Shown: positions 1-8,076 of the stretch, one piece after another
Layout: every line of letters begins with the position of its first letter
Position numbering within the stretch: the first letter of the stretch is position 1
Position numbers and translations under genes: made by a program
DNA from: Candidatus Atabeyarchaeum deiterrae
GTDB taxonomy: Archaea > Asgardarchaeota > Atabeyarchaeia > Atabeyarchaeales > Atabeyarchaeaceae
Reading direction: 5' to 3'
Assembly (NCBI GenBank): GCA_037310415.1
Contig: CP147780.1
Coordinates: forward strand, 2,692,680-2,756,679
DNA length: 64,000 nt
The notes under the pieces: model-generated
The model's input: only the letters and a program-made list of their open reading frames with translations
What the model was told of the DNA's origin: nothing
Database searches by the model: none

Positions 1-481
1 TGTTTGTGATGTTGCCCCAGCTTACGTTTCCCGATGGGCTGGTGGTTGTTCGTGCGTCCAGAGGTGTCTGACTGCTGCGCTGGATTCCCGTGTTCATGTA
101 TGCTTCATTGTCGTAGCAGACGTATAGCACGTCGTGTTTTCTTTCGAACATGCCGCTTAATGCGCCCATGCCGATATCTGCTGTTCCGCCGTCGCCGCCT
201 TGGGCAATTACTTTAGCTTCGTCTTTTCTACCTAACGCTTTCAAAGCAACCTGGATTCCCGATGCAACTGCCGCAGCGTTTTCGAACAATGAGTGAATCC
301 ACGGAACCTCCCATGCAGATTGTGGGTCACGTGTCGTGAACACCTCCAAGCAGCCCGTAGCGTTAGCTATTATGGTGTTCGAACCGGCAGCGTTCAAAAC
401 TAATCTTGCACCCAGCGACTGTCCGCAGCCCATGCACGCCGTGTGCCCTGGGGCGAATAGGTTCTTGGTTGTGGTTTCCAT
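1..481 (-). CDS. porB: 2-oxoacid (pyruvate-type):ferredoxin oxidoreductase beta subunit, 5' part only (runs off the window)
   Basis: Manual translation from ATG at 481 gives [21 protein letters not shown]..., with ANATGCLEV and GDGGTADIG motifs. It directly follows the alpha subunit and is absent from the ORF track because it is truncated. Confidence 0.9.
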   Translation of the reverse strand, partial: METTTKNLFAPGHTACMGCGQSLGARLVLNAAGSNTIIANATGCLEVFTTRDPQSAWEVPWIHSLFENAAAVASGIQVALKALGRKDEAKVIAQGGDGGTADIGMGALSGMFERKHDVLYVCYDNEAYMNTGIQRSSQTPLDARTTTSPSGNVSWGNITN

Positions 482-487
482 GATGCT

Positions 488-1672
488 TTAATCGCCTTCT
501 CCTAGGAGCTCTCTGTCAAGGTCAACGAAATCCAACTCCGCGGGTTGTTTCTCAGCCCGCTCAATTGCGCCTTGTATTGAGTTCTGAGTAATGTCCCTTC
601 CTCCGAGTCCTATTATGAAGTTGCTAATGTTGCTCGGAGAATTCTTCGATTTAGCGTCAAACAGTGATTTTATCTCAGCGCAGAGTATGCCACCCTTGCC
701 AAGGGAGATGGCTTTCTCGAAAATAATCAGGTTCTTGACACCTTTCAGAGCGTCATGAAGCTTCTCATTTGGGAACGGTCTGAAGGTTCTCACCTTGACC
801 ACACCAATCTTCTTGCCTTGGCGCCTCATTTTGTCAACAACGTCTTTCATGGTTCCGACCATTGATCCCATTCCGACCAGCAACGTCTCAGCGTCCGAAA
901 CTTGGTATTTGTCGATCAACCCACCGTAGTGCCTTCCGAACTTTGCCTCGAAATCGTTAGCCACATGCTCTATTCTTCCTTTAGCTTTCTCCATTGTTTC
1001 CTGCATCAAGTATCTTGTCTCCATGTATCGCTCAGGACCAACCATTGCTCCAAACGTCAGTGGGTTCTTCGTGGTCAGGTAGTATAGAGGTTGATATGGT
1101 GGGAGAAAATCGTCGACATCGTCTTCGGCAGGAACGTCAACCGGTTCATATGCATGTGTCAAAATGAAACCATCCATGCAAACCATTACAGGCAACATGA
1201 TGTCTTTGTCTTCGCCGATCTTGTAAGCCTGGATCTGCAGATCACTCGCTTCTTGATTGTTCTCGGCGTAGATCTGTATCCAACCAGAGTCTCTGGCGGT
1301 CATTGAGTCCTGTTGATCATTCCATATGTTAATTGGTGAAGAAACGGATCTATTGGCGCAGGTCAAAGACACTGGAAGCCTCAACCCTGCAATGTTATAC
1401 AACACTTCAAGCATCAGAAGCAAGCCTTGAGATGTCGTGGCAGTATAAGTCCTGGCCCCAGTCGCGCTCGCTCCGAGCACAACTGATGCAGCAGAATGTT
1501 CACTTTCTACATTGACGAACTCAGCCTTTAGATCACCGTCAGCAACTATCTGAGCTAGGTTTTCAACTATATGTGTCTGGGGGGTTATGGGATATGCTGA
1601 GATAACATTAGGTCTACAAAGTCTAACGAATTCAGCTACAGCTCTTGATCCTTCAATCATTTTTAGAACCAT
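488..1672 (-). CDS. porA: pyruvate/ketoisovalerate:ferredoxin oxidoreductase alpha subunit
   Basis: AYPITPQT, VESEHSA, ATTSQGL and GLGGRDI motifs. Confidence 0.93.
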   Translation of the reverse strand: MVLKMIEGSRAVAEFVRLCRPNVISAYPITPQTHIVENLAQIVADGDLKAEFVNVESEHSAASVVLGASATGARTYTATTSQGLLLMLEVLYNIAGLRLPVSLTCANRSVSSPINIWNDQQDSMTARDSGWIQIYAENNQEASDLQIQAYKIGEDKDIMLPVMVCMDGFILTHAYEPVDVPAEDDVDDFLPPYQPLYYLTTKNPLTFGAMVGPERYMETRYLMQETMEKAKGRIEHVANDFEAKFGRHYGGLIDKYQVSDAETLLVGMGSMVGTMKDVVDKMRRQGKKIGVVKVRTFRPFPNEKLHDALKGVKNLIIFEKAISLGKGGILCAEIKSLFDAKSKNSPSNISNFIIGLGGRDITQNSIQGAIERAEKQPAELDFVDLDRELLGEGD

Positions 1673-1682
1673 GTTTCATTCC

Positions 1683-1967
1683 TCACCGCTTCTCCGGTTT
1701 CATCTCCAGAGCTTTGACTGGGCATACTTCTACACAAATGCCGCAGCCCTTGCAGTAGTCAAGGTCGACCTCGAACTTGTTTTTCTTGTCGACCTTTATC
1801 ACTCCCTCTGGGCAATAGAGTACGCAGAGTGTGCATGCTGTGCACTTGTTCTTGTCGCAGACAGGGTGTTTAGTTCTCCAGCTTCCAGTCTTGTTTGCTC
1901 TAGTGCTTCCAGGTTTGGCAACAACTGAAACGGGTATCTTCTTCGCCGTCGTTTTGCTGGTGCTCAT
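1683..1967 (-). CDS. porD: 2-oxoacid:ferredoxin oxidoreductase delta subunit (2x[4Fe-4S])
   Basis: TGSWR...P, CTACTLCVLYCP and YCKGCGICVEVCP; operon position. Confidence 0.93.
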   Translation of the reverse strand: MSTSKTTAKKIPVSVVAKPGSTRANKTGSWRTKHPVCDKNKCTACTLCVLYCPEGVIKVDKKNKFEVDLDYCKGCGICVEVCPVKALEMKPEKR

Positions 1968-1968
1968 T

Positions 1969-2511
1969 TTATGATCGCCTCACGTAGTCATATGCTGCCT
2001 TGGCAGCTTTGGCGTTTTTCTCGCCAAGTTCGCCGGGGAATCTTTCCTTTATGCAGCGCTCTATCGATTCGAGTTTAATCAGGTTGGTGGCTGCCGCGAA
2101 TGCGCCCATTAGAACCGTGTTTGGAATTGGTCGTCCAATAATCTCATTCGCTATGCTGGTCGCCGGAACAGTAATGAGTTTAGCTTTGGTTTGAAGGTTG
2201 AGTTCGCTTGGTTTCTTCTCAGTGTTCACTATTATAAGTCCGCCATCCTTCAGACCTCTGAGGACATCAACAACTCCGATTAACGTAGCGTCTTGTACAA
2301 TGATGTAGTCTGGATTAGTTATCTGACTCCTGGATCGTATTGGTTTATCGCTAATCTTGACGAATGATTCTACCGGAGCGCCCATGCGTTCCGAGCCGAA
2401 GCTTGGAAAGGCTTGAGCGACCTTCCCGTCTTCGAATGCCGCCACGGCGAGAAGTTCCGCTGCAGTGACAACTCCTTGACCGCCGCGACCGTGCAACCTG
2501 ACTTCAATCAA
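1969..2511 (-). CDS. porG: 2-oxoacid:ferredoxin oxidoreductase gamma subunit
   Basis: HGRGGQG and FGSERMGAP motifs. TTG start at 2511 follows GGAGG; the ORF track extends to 2535. Confidence 0.9.
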   Translation of the reverse strand: MIEVRLHGRGGQGVVTAAELLAVAAFEDGKVAQAFPSFGSERMGAPVESFVKISDKPIRSRSQITNPDYIIVQDATLIGVVDVLRGLKDGGLIIVNTEKKPSELNLQTKAKLITVPATSIANEIIGRPIPNTVLMGAFAAATNLIKLESIERCIKERFPGELGEKNAKAAKAAYDYVRRS

Positions 2512-2818
2512 CTTGGTGAACCTCCAAAGTAACATGAGAAATTCACGTTCAGAAGTTAGCCAGAGATGTTAAGCTATCAGCATAACCTTAAAGCTTGCCG
2601 TTCAATATCAAAAGAAAACGAGATGTTTCACTCCGACATGTGTAGAAAACCGCTATAAAAAGATAGTTAACTGTCATTAGATAGAACATTTGCCAAAAAG
2701 AATCGGAAAGAATGGCATGGAGTCCTTCCGTGACTCTGTTTGTACTTTTCTGATCAGCTGTCCTGACCAGTCACCTTAGCTCGGTTGCAGTGAGGCAAGT
2801 CTTTTCTGTATGAAGATT

Positions 2819-3262
2819 TCAGGTTTCACCGATCACGGTAACGACGAACTCTCGGTACTGGGGTCCGTCAAACTCCAGATAAAAAACTGATTGTCTTTGA
2901 CCAAGTACGAGTTCGCCATTTTGCAGAGGTATGACTGTGTGGTTTCCGACCAAAACACTGCGCAGGTGACTTGGAGCATTGACCCCAAGCCTTCCGTCGA
3001 AGTCCAGATATCTTGCATGCCGATAATTCCCTTCGTCTGGAACAAGGTTTCCGAAAAGGGTTATTATATCTCGTCGAATGCATTCAGCATCCTCATTTAC
3101 GGTTATGCCGGTCGTGGTGTGCATTGTGATAACGTAAGATACACCATTATTGATCTTGGAATCGGCTACAGCCTGCTTGATATATTCTGTGATGTTCAGT
3201 ATGTCTTGGAAATCATTTGTCTGGATCCCGATGCGTTTAGTGTAAGTCTTCAAATTACACAT
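2819..3262 (-). CDS. YjbQ/UPF0047 family protein
   Basis: HTTTGITVNE, NAPSHL, LGQRQSVFYLEFDGP motifs. Confidence 0.85.
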   Translation of the reverse strand: MCNLKTYTKRIGIQTNDFQDILNITEYIKQAVADSKINNGVSYVITMHTTTGITVNEDAECIRRDIITLFGNLVPDEGNYRHARYLDFDGRLGVNAPSHLRSVLVGNHTVIPLQNGELVLGQRQSVFYLEFDGPQYREFVVTVIGET

Positions 3263-3270
3263 CTCCTATC

Positions 3271-4128
3271 TCAGTGAGGATTTCCGAGCAGTCTTGAGGG
3301 GTTGTTTTGGAAAACGTTTTCGATGACATCTTCCTCTCGCAAGACATTCCTGACGGCTTTGACCATTTTGTGCATCTCTATTCGAGGGTAGTTCGACCCG
3401 AAGACTATTTTCTTGTCTAGGCTTCGCTGAACAAGAGTTATTGGCAATTGTTTCGTGAAGACGTATTCGATGAATTCTTTGGGAGTGTCAGCATAGAGGC
3501 ATGAGGTGTCCAAATAGACGTTCGGGTACTTGAGTGCCAATGCCACAGACTCAAGAACATGTGGCCATCCCATGTGAGCTATTATAAGGTTCAATCCTTG
3601 GAAATCATGGGCAATGTCCTCAAGCAGTCCAGGGTGACTATACTTCATCATGGCATCTGCCTCCCAAGTCATTCCAGCATGCATGACCACTGGTATTTTA
3701 AGTTTCGTGGCTTTGGTGAACAGAGGGTAGGCTTTCTCTTTGTCATTTGGATAGAACTGTTGGAGACTTGGGTCTAACTTCAATCCTCTTAGTCCCAGGC
3801 CAGTTATGGCTTCAGCCAGTTCATCAACGGCTTCTTCTCTAAGTGGGTCGACACTTGCAAAACCTATGAAGAAATCGTGTTTGGAAGCAAGATCCGCGAC
3901 CTGTTCGTTCGAGAAGATCTTGCAGTTGTGGGCTGTCGTGCAATCAATGGGGAGAAGTACGGCTTTGTCTATTCCAGCCACTTTCATCTGACCCTTGAAT
4001 GTTTCAAGAGGCTGCAAAGCATTCTGTAGGTTGAATATGTGTCTGACTGCATGCCTTAGTTGCTCAGATCCCTCAACAACTTCCTTTATCAAGACGGGGT
4101 GCGTGTGAAAATCAATCAATGGCAACAC
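3271..4128 (-). CDS. amidohydrolase family protein (Amidohydro_2 type)
   Basis: DFHTH, GLKLDP, HAG, AHMGWP, FGSNYP. Confidence 0.85.
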   Translation of the reverse strand: MLPLIDFHTHPVLIKEVVEGSEQLRHAVRHIFNLQNALQPLETFKGQMKVAGIDKAVLLPIDCTTAHNCKIFSNEQVADLASKHDFFIGFASVDPLREEAVDELAEAITGLGLRGLKLDPSLQQFYPNDKEKAYPLFTKATKLKIPVVMHAGMTWEADAMMKYSHPGLLEDIAHDFQGLNLIIAHMGWPHVLESVALALKYPNVYLDTSCLYADTPKEFIEYVFTKQLPITLVQRSLDKKIVFGSNYPRIEMHKMVKAVRNVLREEDVIENVFQNNPSRLLGNPH

Positions 4129-4217
4129 CTCCAGGATAATTATCTTCGTGCAGATTGGCTCACAGGATCACCTTAGAAGAATTCACAGTTGAATCCGATT
4201 GAGAGCTGGATGCGCTA

Positions 4218-4727
4218 TCAGCCTAGAGGTTTGACCGTGAACTTGCACATCTCATCACCCTTTGCAACGCACTCTACTTCCTTGACGATATATCTCCCGC
4301 CGAAGGATTTCTCATAGATCGTTGAGATCATGCCGACGGCGATATAGTCGACCTTCAATCCCTTCGTGGGGTATTCGTCTGCTATCGCACTATTCTTCAG
4401 AATGACTTGACCGCCTTCTCGATTGGGCTCAGTCACGAAGAGTCCCCAGCCCTTTGTTGAAAGGCTTCTGAAACAAGATTTGGCAAGCTCTTCTTTAGTA
4501 GCGTTGTGTGTTCCGAGTTCCTTCAGAGCTACAAGGCGTCCTACTCTTGTTAGGACTGCTCCTACAGTGGTCTCACTCATGTTTTCAGCCGAGTACTTCA
4601 GCATTTGAACTATGCTTATGATGTCCTTGACGGCAACTCTTTGCCCTTGTGACATCATTTTCCCATCGCTTGGCATCCGTAGGTCGCTCAGAAACCTCTT
4701 GAACTCTGCCTTCGTTGATTCTTCCAT
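4218..4727 (-). CDS. V4R-domain protein
   Basis: GWG motif and C-terminal EVECVAKGDEMCKF. Confidence 0.8.
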   Translation of the reverse strand: MEESTKAEFKRFLSDLRMPSDGKMMSQGQRVAVKDIISIVQMLKYSAENMSETTVGAVLTRVGRLVALKELGTHNATKEELAKSCFRSLSTKGWGLFVTEPNREGGQVILKNSAIADEYPTKGLKVDYIAVGMISTIYEKSFGGRYIVKEVECVAKGDEMCKFTVKPLG

Positions 4728-4729
4728 TT

Positions 4730-5317
4730 CTATTCCTCCTTCTTTGGCTTGAACTCGAATTCACAATATGGTTTTCCCTGAGCTACGCAGGATATCTCCT
4801 CAACGTCAAATGGTTTTCCCCAGGTTTCTTCAGCTGCGCCCTGTATCATTCCAGCAGCATTTACGTGGATTGGACTGGCCTTCTTAGTTGCTGAGGCATT
4901 GTCACCATAGTCCTCCCATTTCACAGTGCCACTCAAGTTTTTCTTGTCAAAACTCATCTCTTTGAGCGCACCCCAACCGACAGCTGAGAATAGCCAGAAA
5001 TAGAAGGTGAATGCTAGTTCGTCTTCGAGTTTGAACATCTTCTTCCCGATTTGAACCATGTGCTTCCCGCTTGTCACATGTGCTTCCTTTATGATTCTGT
5101 TGACGGTGTGTGGTCCAAGAATATCACTGAAACTTTCTAGGAAGTAGGATATGAATGCTGAATCAACGAATGCTATGCGCAGACCGCTCAGTCGATCGAT
5201 CACCTTTCCCGGAACAGGATTCTCGATTATCGTCTTCAGCATCTCAAAGGACTCGTGGACGTTTTTCATTCCGATTTTCTTTGCCAACCTTTCATACAAG
5301 TTGTCTGAAGTTGCCAA
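4730..5317 (-). CDS. V4R-domain protein
   Basis: GWG motif and C-terminal EISCVAQGKPYCEF. Confidence 0.8.
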   Translation of the reverse strand: MATSDNLYERLAKKIGMKNVHESFEMLKTIIENPVPGKVIDRLSGLRIAFVDSAFISYFLESFSDILGPHTVNRIIKEAHVTSGKHMVQIGKKMFKLEDELAFTFYFWLFSAVGWGALKEMSFDKKNLSGTVKWEDYGDNASATKKASPIHVNAAGMIQGAAEETWGKPFDVEEISCVAQGKPYCEFEFKPKKEE

Positions 5318-5593
5318 CTGATTTCACACCAAATCTTTTTGTTGATCACTTTCGGGATATTAGGGACTTCTATCTTCTCAGCCCGTGGATCAGGCACGAC
5401 ACCCAACGGACTTCCTTTAGAGCAAGAGGCATTCGTATCGTTACTTGTATTCAAGTGGCTAATAAACCCGTTGATTCTCTTTGGTTCTCAAAAGCGCGAG
5501 AAAGTACTTGACAACGCTTAAATCTGAATCAATCGAATGATTCTATCGCAACAATGATTCTCAATGCCCAAGTAGACTTCAAGGTGTTCCTGA

Positions 5594-6763
5594 TTGAAGA
5601 TTGCGGTAGTGAGCGACAGTTATGCGCCTTATGTTGATGGTGTTGCAAGATACCTCGATAGAGTCGTTCAGATGTTTGTTTCCAGAGGACACAAGGTACT
5701 GATACTTGGACCAGGATTTTCTCTCCGCAAGAAATTCGAATATGATCGGCATGGAGTTGGAATTGTTAGAAACCCCACCCTCTGGATGCTAAGGCTCAAT
5801 GATTATTATCCTTCTCTTCCAACGAGGGTTTGCTCTTCGATAATGAAGTGGGCTGATGTCGTGTTCTCGCCAAGCCTCGCACCCCTGGGCATATACTCTA
5901 TAATCTACTCTAAGAGAAGAAATAGACCAATGGCTTTCTTCTGCGTGCACGATGAACGGGTGTTGATAGGGAAGACAATTTTGTTGCCTCTTCCGAAATC
6001 GGTTGTGAGTTTCATCATCCGCCTCCTCTACAATAGATGTCCCGTAATATTCTATGCTACACAGAGGTTCAGAGAGAAGATCCTTAAGGTAGGCATACCC
6101 GAGGATCGCTTAATATACAACCCGTATGGAATAGAGTTCGACTTCTTCTCCTCGGGAGATAGAAAAGCTGGCAGAAAGAAACTCGGCATTCCTCAAGATG
6201 CAAAAGTCGTTCTCTATTTGGGTAGAATGTCGGAAGAGAAGAATATTGAGACACTGGTAAATACTATACCAGAAGTTTCAAAGCGTATCTCAAAACTCTA
6301 TTATGTTTTTGCCGGCCATGGACCGAAGTTTGATGACTACCGAAAACAAGCACTGAAAGTCGGCAAAGCATCACGAGTAAAAGTGGTCTTCACAGGTCGA
6401 GTTAAGTTCGAGGACCTGCCAAACACTTATGCAGTCGGAGACGTCTTTGTCCACCCCTCTCTTCACGAGGCCCAGTCATTCACTGTCCTGGAGGCCATGT
6501 GCACAGGCTCGCCTGTCATAACGGCCAAGGAAGAGGGTAAGTACAGTTTTCTGAGGGAAGGGTACAATGCTGAATTCGTAGAGAACGTTCTCGACTATCG
6601 GCAGATCTCAGGCAAAATCATCCAACTTCTCGAAGACGGCAACAAACGGATTCAGATGGGTAGGAATGCCGTTACGATGGCTAAGAGATACACTTGGGAT
6701 GCCCACATCGACAGATTGGAAGAAGGGTTCAGACGAGCCATCAATGCAAGAAAGAAGAACTAG
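5594..6763 (+). CDS. GT4 family glycosyltransferase
   Basis: SDSYAPYVDGV N-terminus, GRMSEEKN, EAQSFTVLEAM (ExxxxxxxE). Confidence 0.9.
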   Translation: MKIAVVSDSYAPYVDGVARYLDRVVQMFVSRGHKVLILGPGFSLRKKFEYDRHGVGIVRNPTLWMLRLNDYYPSLPTRVCSSIMKWADVVFSPSLAPLGIYSIIYSKRRNRPMAFFCVHDERVLIGKTILLPLPKSVVSFIIRLLYNRCPVIFYATQRFREKILKVGIPEDRLIYNPYGIEFDFFSSGDRKAGRKKLGIPQDAKVVLYLGRMSEEKNIETLVNTIPEVSKRISKLYYVFAGHGPKFDDYRKQALKVGKASRVKVVFTGRVKFEDLPNTYAVGDVFVHPSLHEAQSFTVLEAMCTGSPVITAKEEGKYSFLREGYNAEFVENVLDYRQISGKIIQLLEDGNKRIQMGRNAVTMAKRYTWDAHIDRLEEGFRRAINARKKN

Positions 6764-6848
6764 CCAAAGGCACTTCAATATTTGACCACTAGGAAGAGAC
6801 TCAATGTCGATCGCTTTACCTGTTTTCTCTCTTCAAGCGATCCGAGAA

Positions 6849-7070
6849 TCAGTTTCTCTTTCCAGAGTCTTTTCCCGTTCGTTCTTTTTCTTGAGTCTTC
6901 GTCTTGTTACTCTTACATTTCTCTCTTCTCAGACAAAAGTTGCAGTCGTATGTTAGCTCACATATTTGGCAGTTGAGGGTCTCGAAGCAAGGCTCGGGGA
7001 GGAAACCCTCACTATAAAATAGGTTCTTGTCACTCTTCTTCAGCTTGATGCAGATGAAGTTCTCACACAT
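6849..7070 (-). CDS. small Cys-rich putative metal-binding protein
   Basis: 8 Cys including CQIC and CNFC, basic tail. ATG at 7070 follows GGAG; the track starts at TTG 7082. Confidence 0.5.
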   Translation of the reverse strand: MCENFICIKLKKSDKNLFYSEGFLPEPCFETLNCQICELTYDCNFCLRREKCKSNKTKTQEKERTGKDSGKRN

Positions 7071-7227
7071 CTTTGCTCCCAATGGTTTACTGCTGTGTCT
7101 TTTTTCATTAGGTTTTCCGTCCCTTGCTACGTACCACCAGATTTATCAGAAACAGAATAGTATTGTGTTTGTTCAACGGTCACTTTCATCTTGCGGTTGG
7201 ATTCCTGAACGCCTCTGAGGTCTGAAG

Positions 7228-7941
7228 ATGCGGGAGAAAGTCGTGCGGCACAAGGACTTGCTTGAGGTAGTCTACTCTGCCGAAGACTGGGCGTTACTCA
7301 AACAGATGCGGCAAGAAGCCAAGAACCTGATGACGATCCTTCAGGAAGACGGCGTAATATCCATCGTTCATGGAAGTGTCGCCCGCGGTGATGTTACTCG
7401 CACTAGTGACATTGATATATTTATCCCACTTCAAGTTTCCTCGTTCAAAGTAGAGTTGGCTTTGAAAAAAGGTGAAATCAGCATCATTTCTAGAAGAATA
7501 GAGTTGGCCACGCCTCAACATGCAATAAAAGGACACATCGAGATCGGCGTAAACCGCACGGTAACATTTCCATTATCTAACCTAAAGCGACGCGAATGGG
7601 AGTTCTACAGATTTGGTGGTGTAATTGACCTTGATGAGATCATTAATGATAAGAGAGTAGTGGGTGTTGATAAGCGTCTGGTTCTAATCGAGCCTACTCC
7701 CAAAGGTCATAACGAGAGCTCCATAACTGGTAAGGAAACGACCGTTAGCGGGCTTCTGGGAGTGAGTTTGGACTTGGTCGAGGAGCGAGCCAGAGTTCTG
7801 AGAAGAAGGGACTCGATCGGTAGAACAGGTGTGTACCTCAGGCGTGAATTGTCTCCTGAAGAAACCTTCGAGGAGGCACTCAAAGAGATCAGTGAAAGAA
7901 ATCCAATTGTCAGAAGAAGACTTGCCTCTGATAGAAAATAG
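7228..7941 (+). CDS. archaeal pol-beta superfamily nucleotidyltransferase
   Basis: HGSVARGDV...SDIDIF, EFYRFGG, GVDKRL, GRTGV. Confidence 0.85.
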   Translation: MREKVVRHKDLLEVVYSAEDWALLKQMRQEAKNLMTILQEDGVISIVHGSVARGDVTRTSDIDIFIPLQVSSFKVELALKKGEISIISRRIELATPQHAIKGHIEIGVNRTVTFPLSNLKRREWEFYRFGGVIDLDEIINDKRVVGVDKRLVLIEPTPKGHNESSITGKETTVSGLLGVSLDLVEERARVLRRRDSIGRTGVYLRRELSPEETFEEALKEISERNPIVRRRLASDRK

Positions 7942-8076
7942 AAGCGATCTTATGGCAACGTTTAAGTATAAAGTACCCCAGAAGAATGTACTCAGCTTCT
8001 TGGAGTGAAGACGTTCCAGGGTTTGAGTTGACAAGATCTGAGTTTTCTGGCAATCTGAAATGGGGTTGAGAATTCG

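Noticed and set aside
34-216. 60-aa plus-strand ORF and the many other short antisense or overlapping ORFs in the track
   Set aside because: They lie opposite or inside genes with clear family motifs and have no protein-like features; treated as shadow ORFs.
5266-5454. 62-aa ORF upstream of the V4R pair
   Set aside because: Overlaps the V4R start, has no motif and sits in a divergent promoter region.
7228-7941. Nucleotidyltransferase as an MNT antitoxin or CBASS-type cyclase
   Set aside because: No HEPN or effector neighbour; the motifs fit the conserved stand-alone archaeal family.
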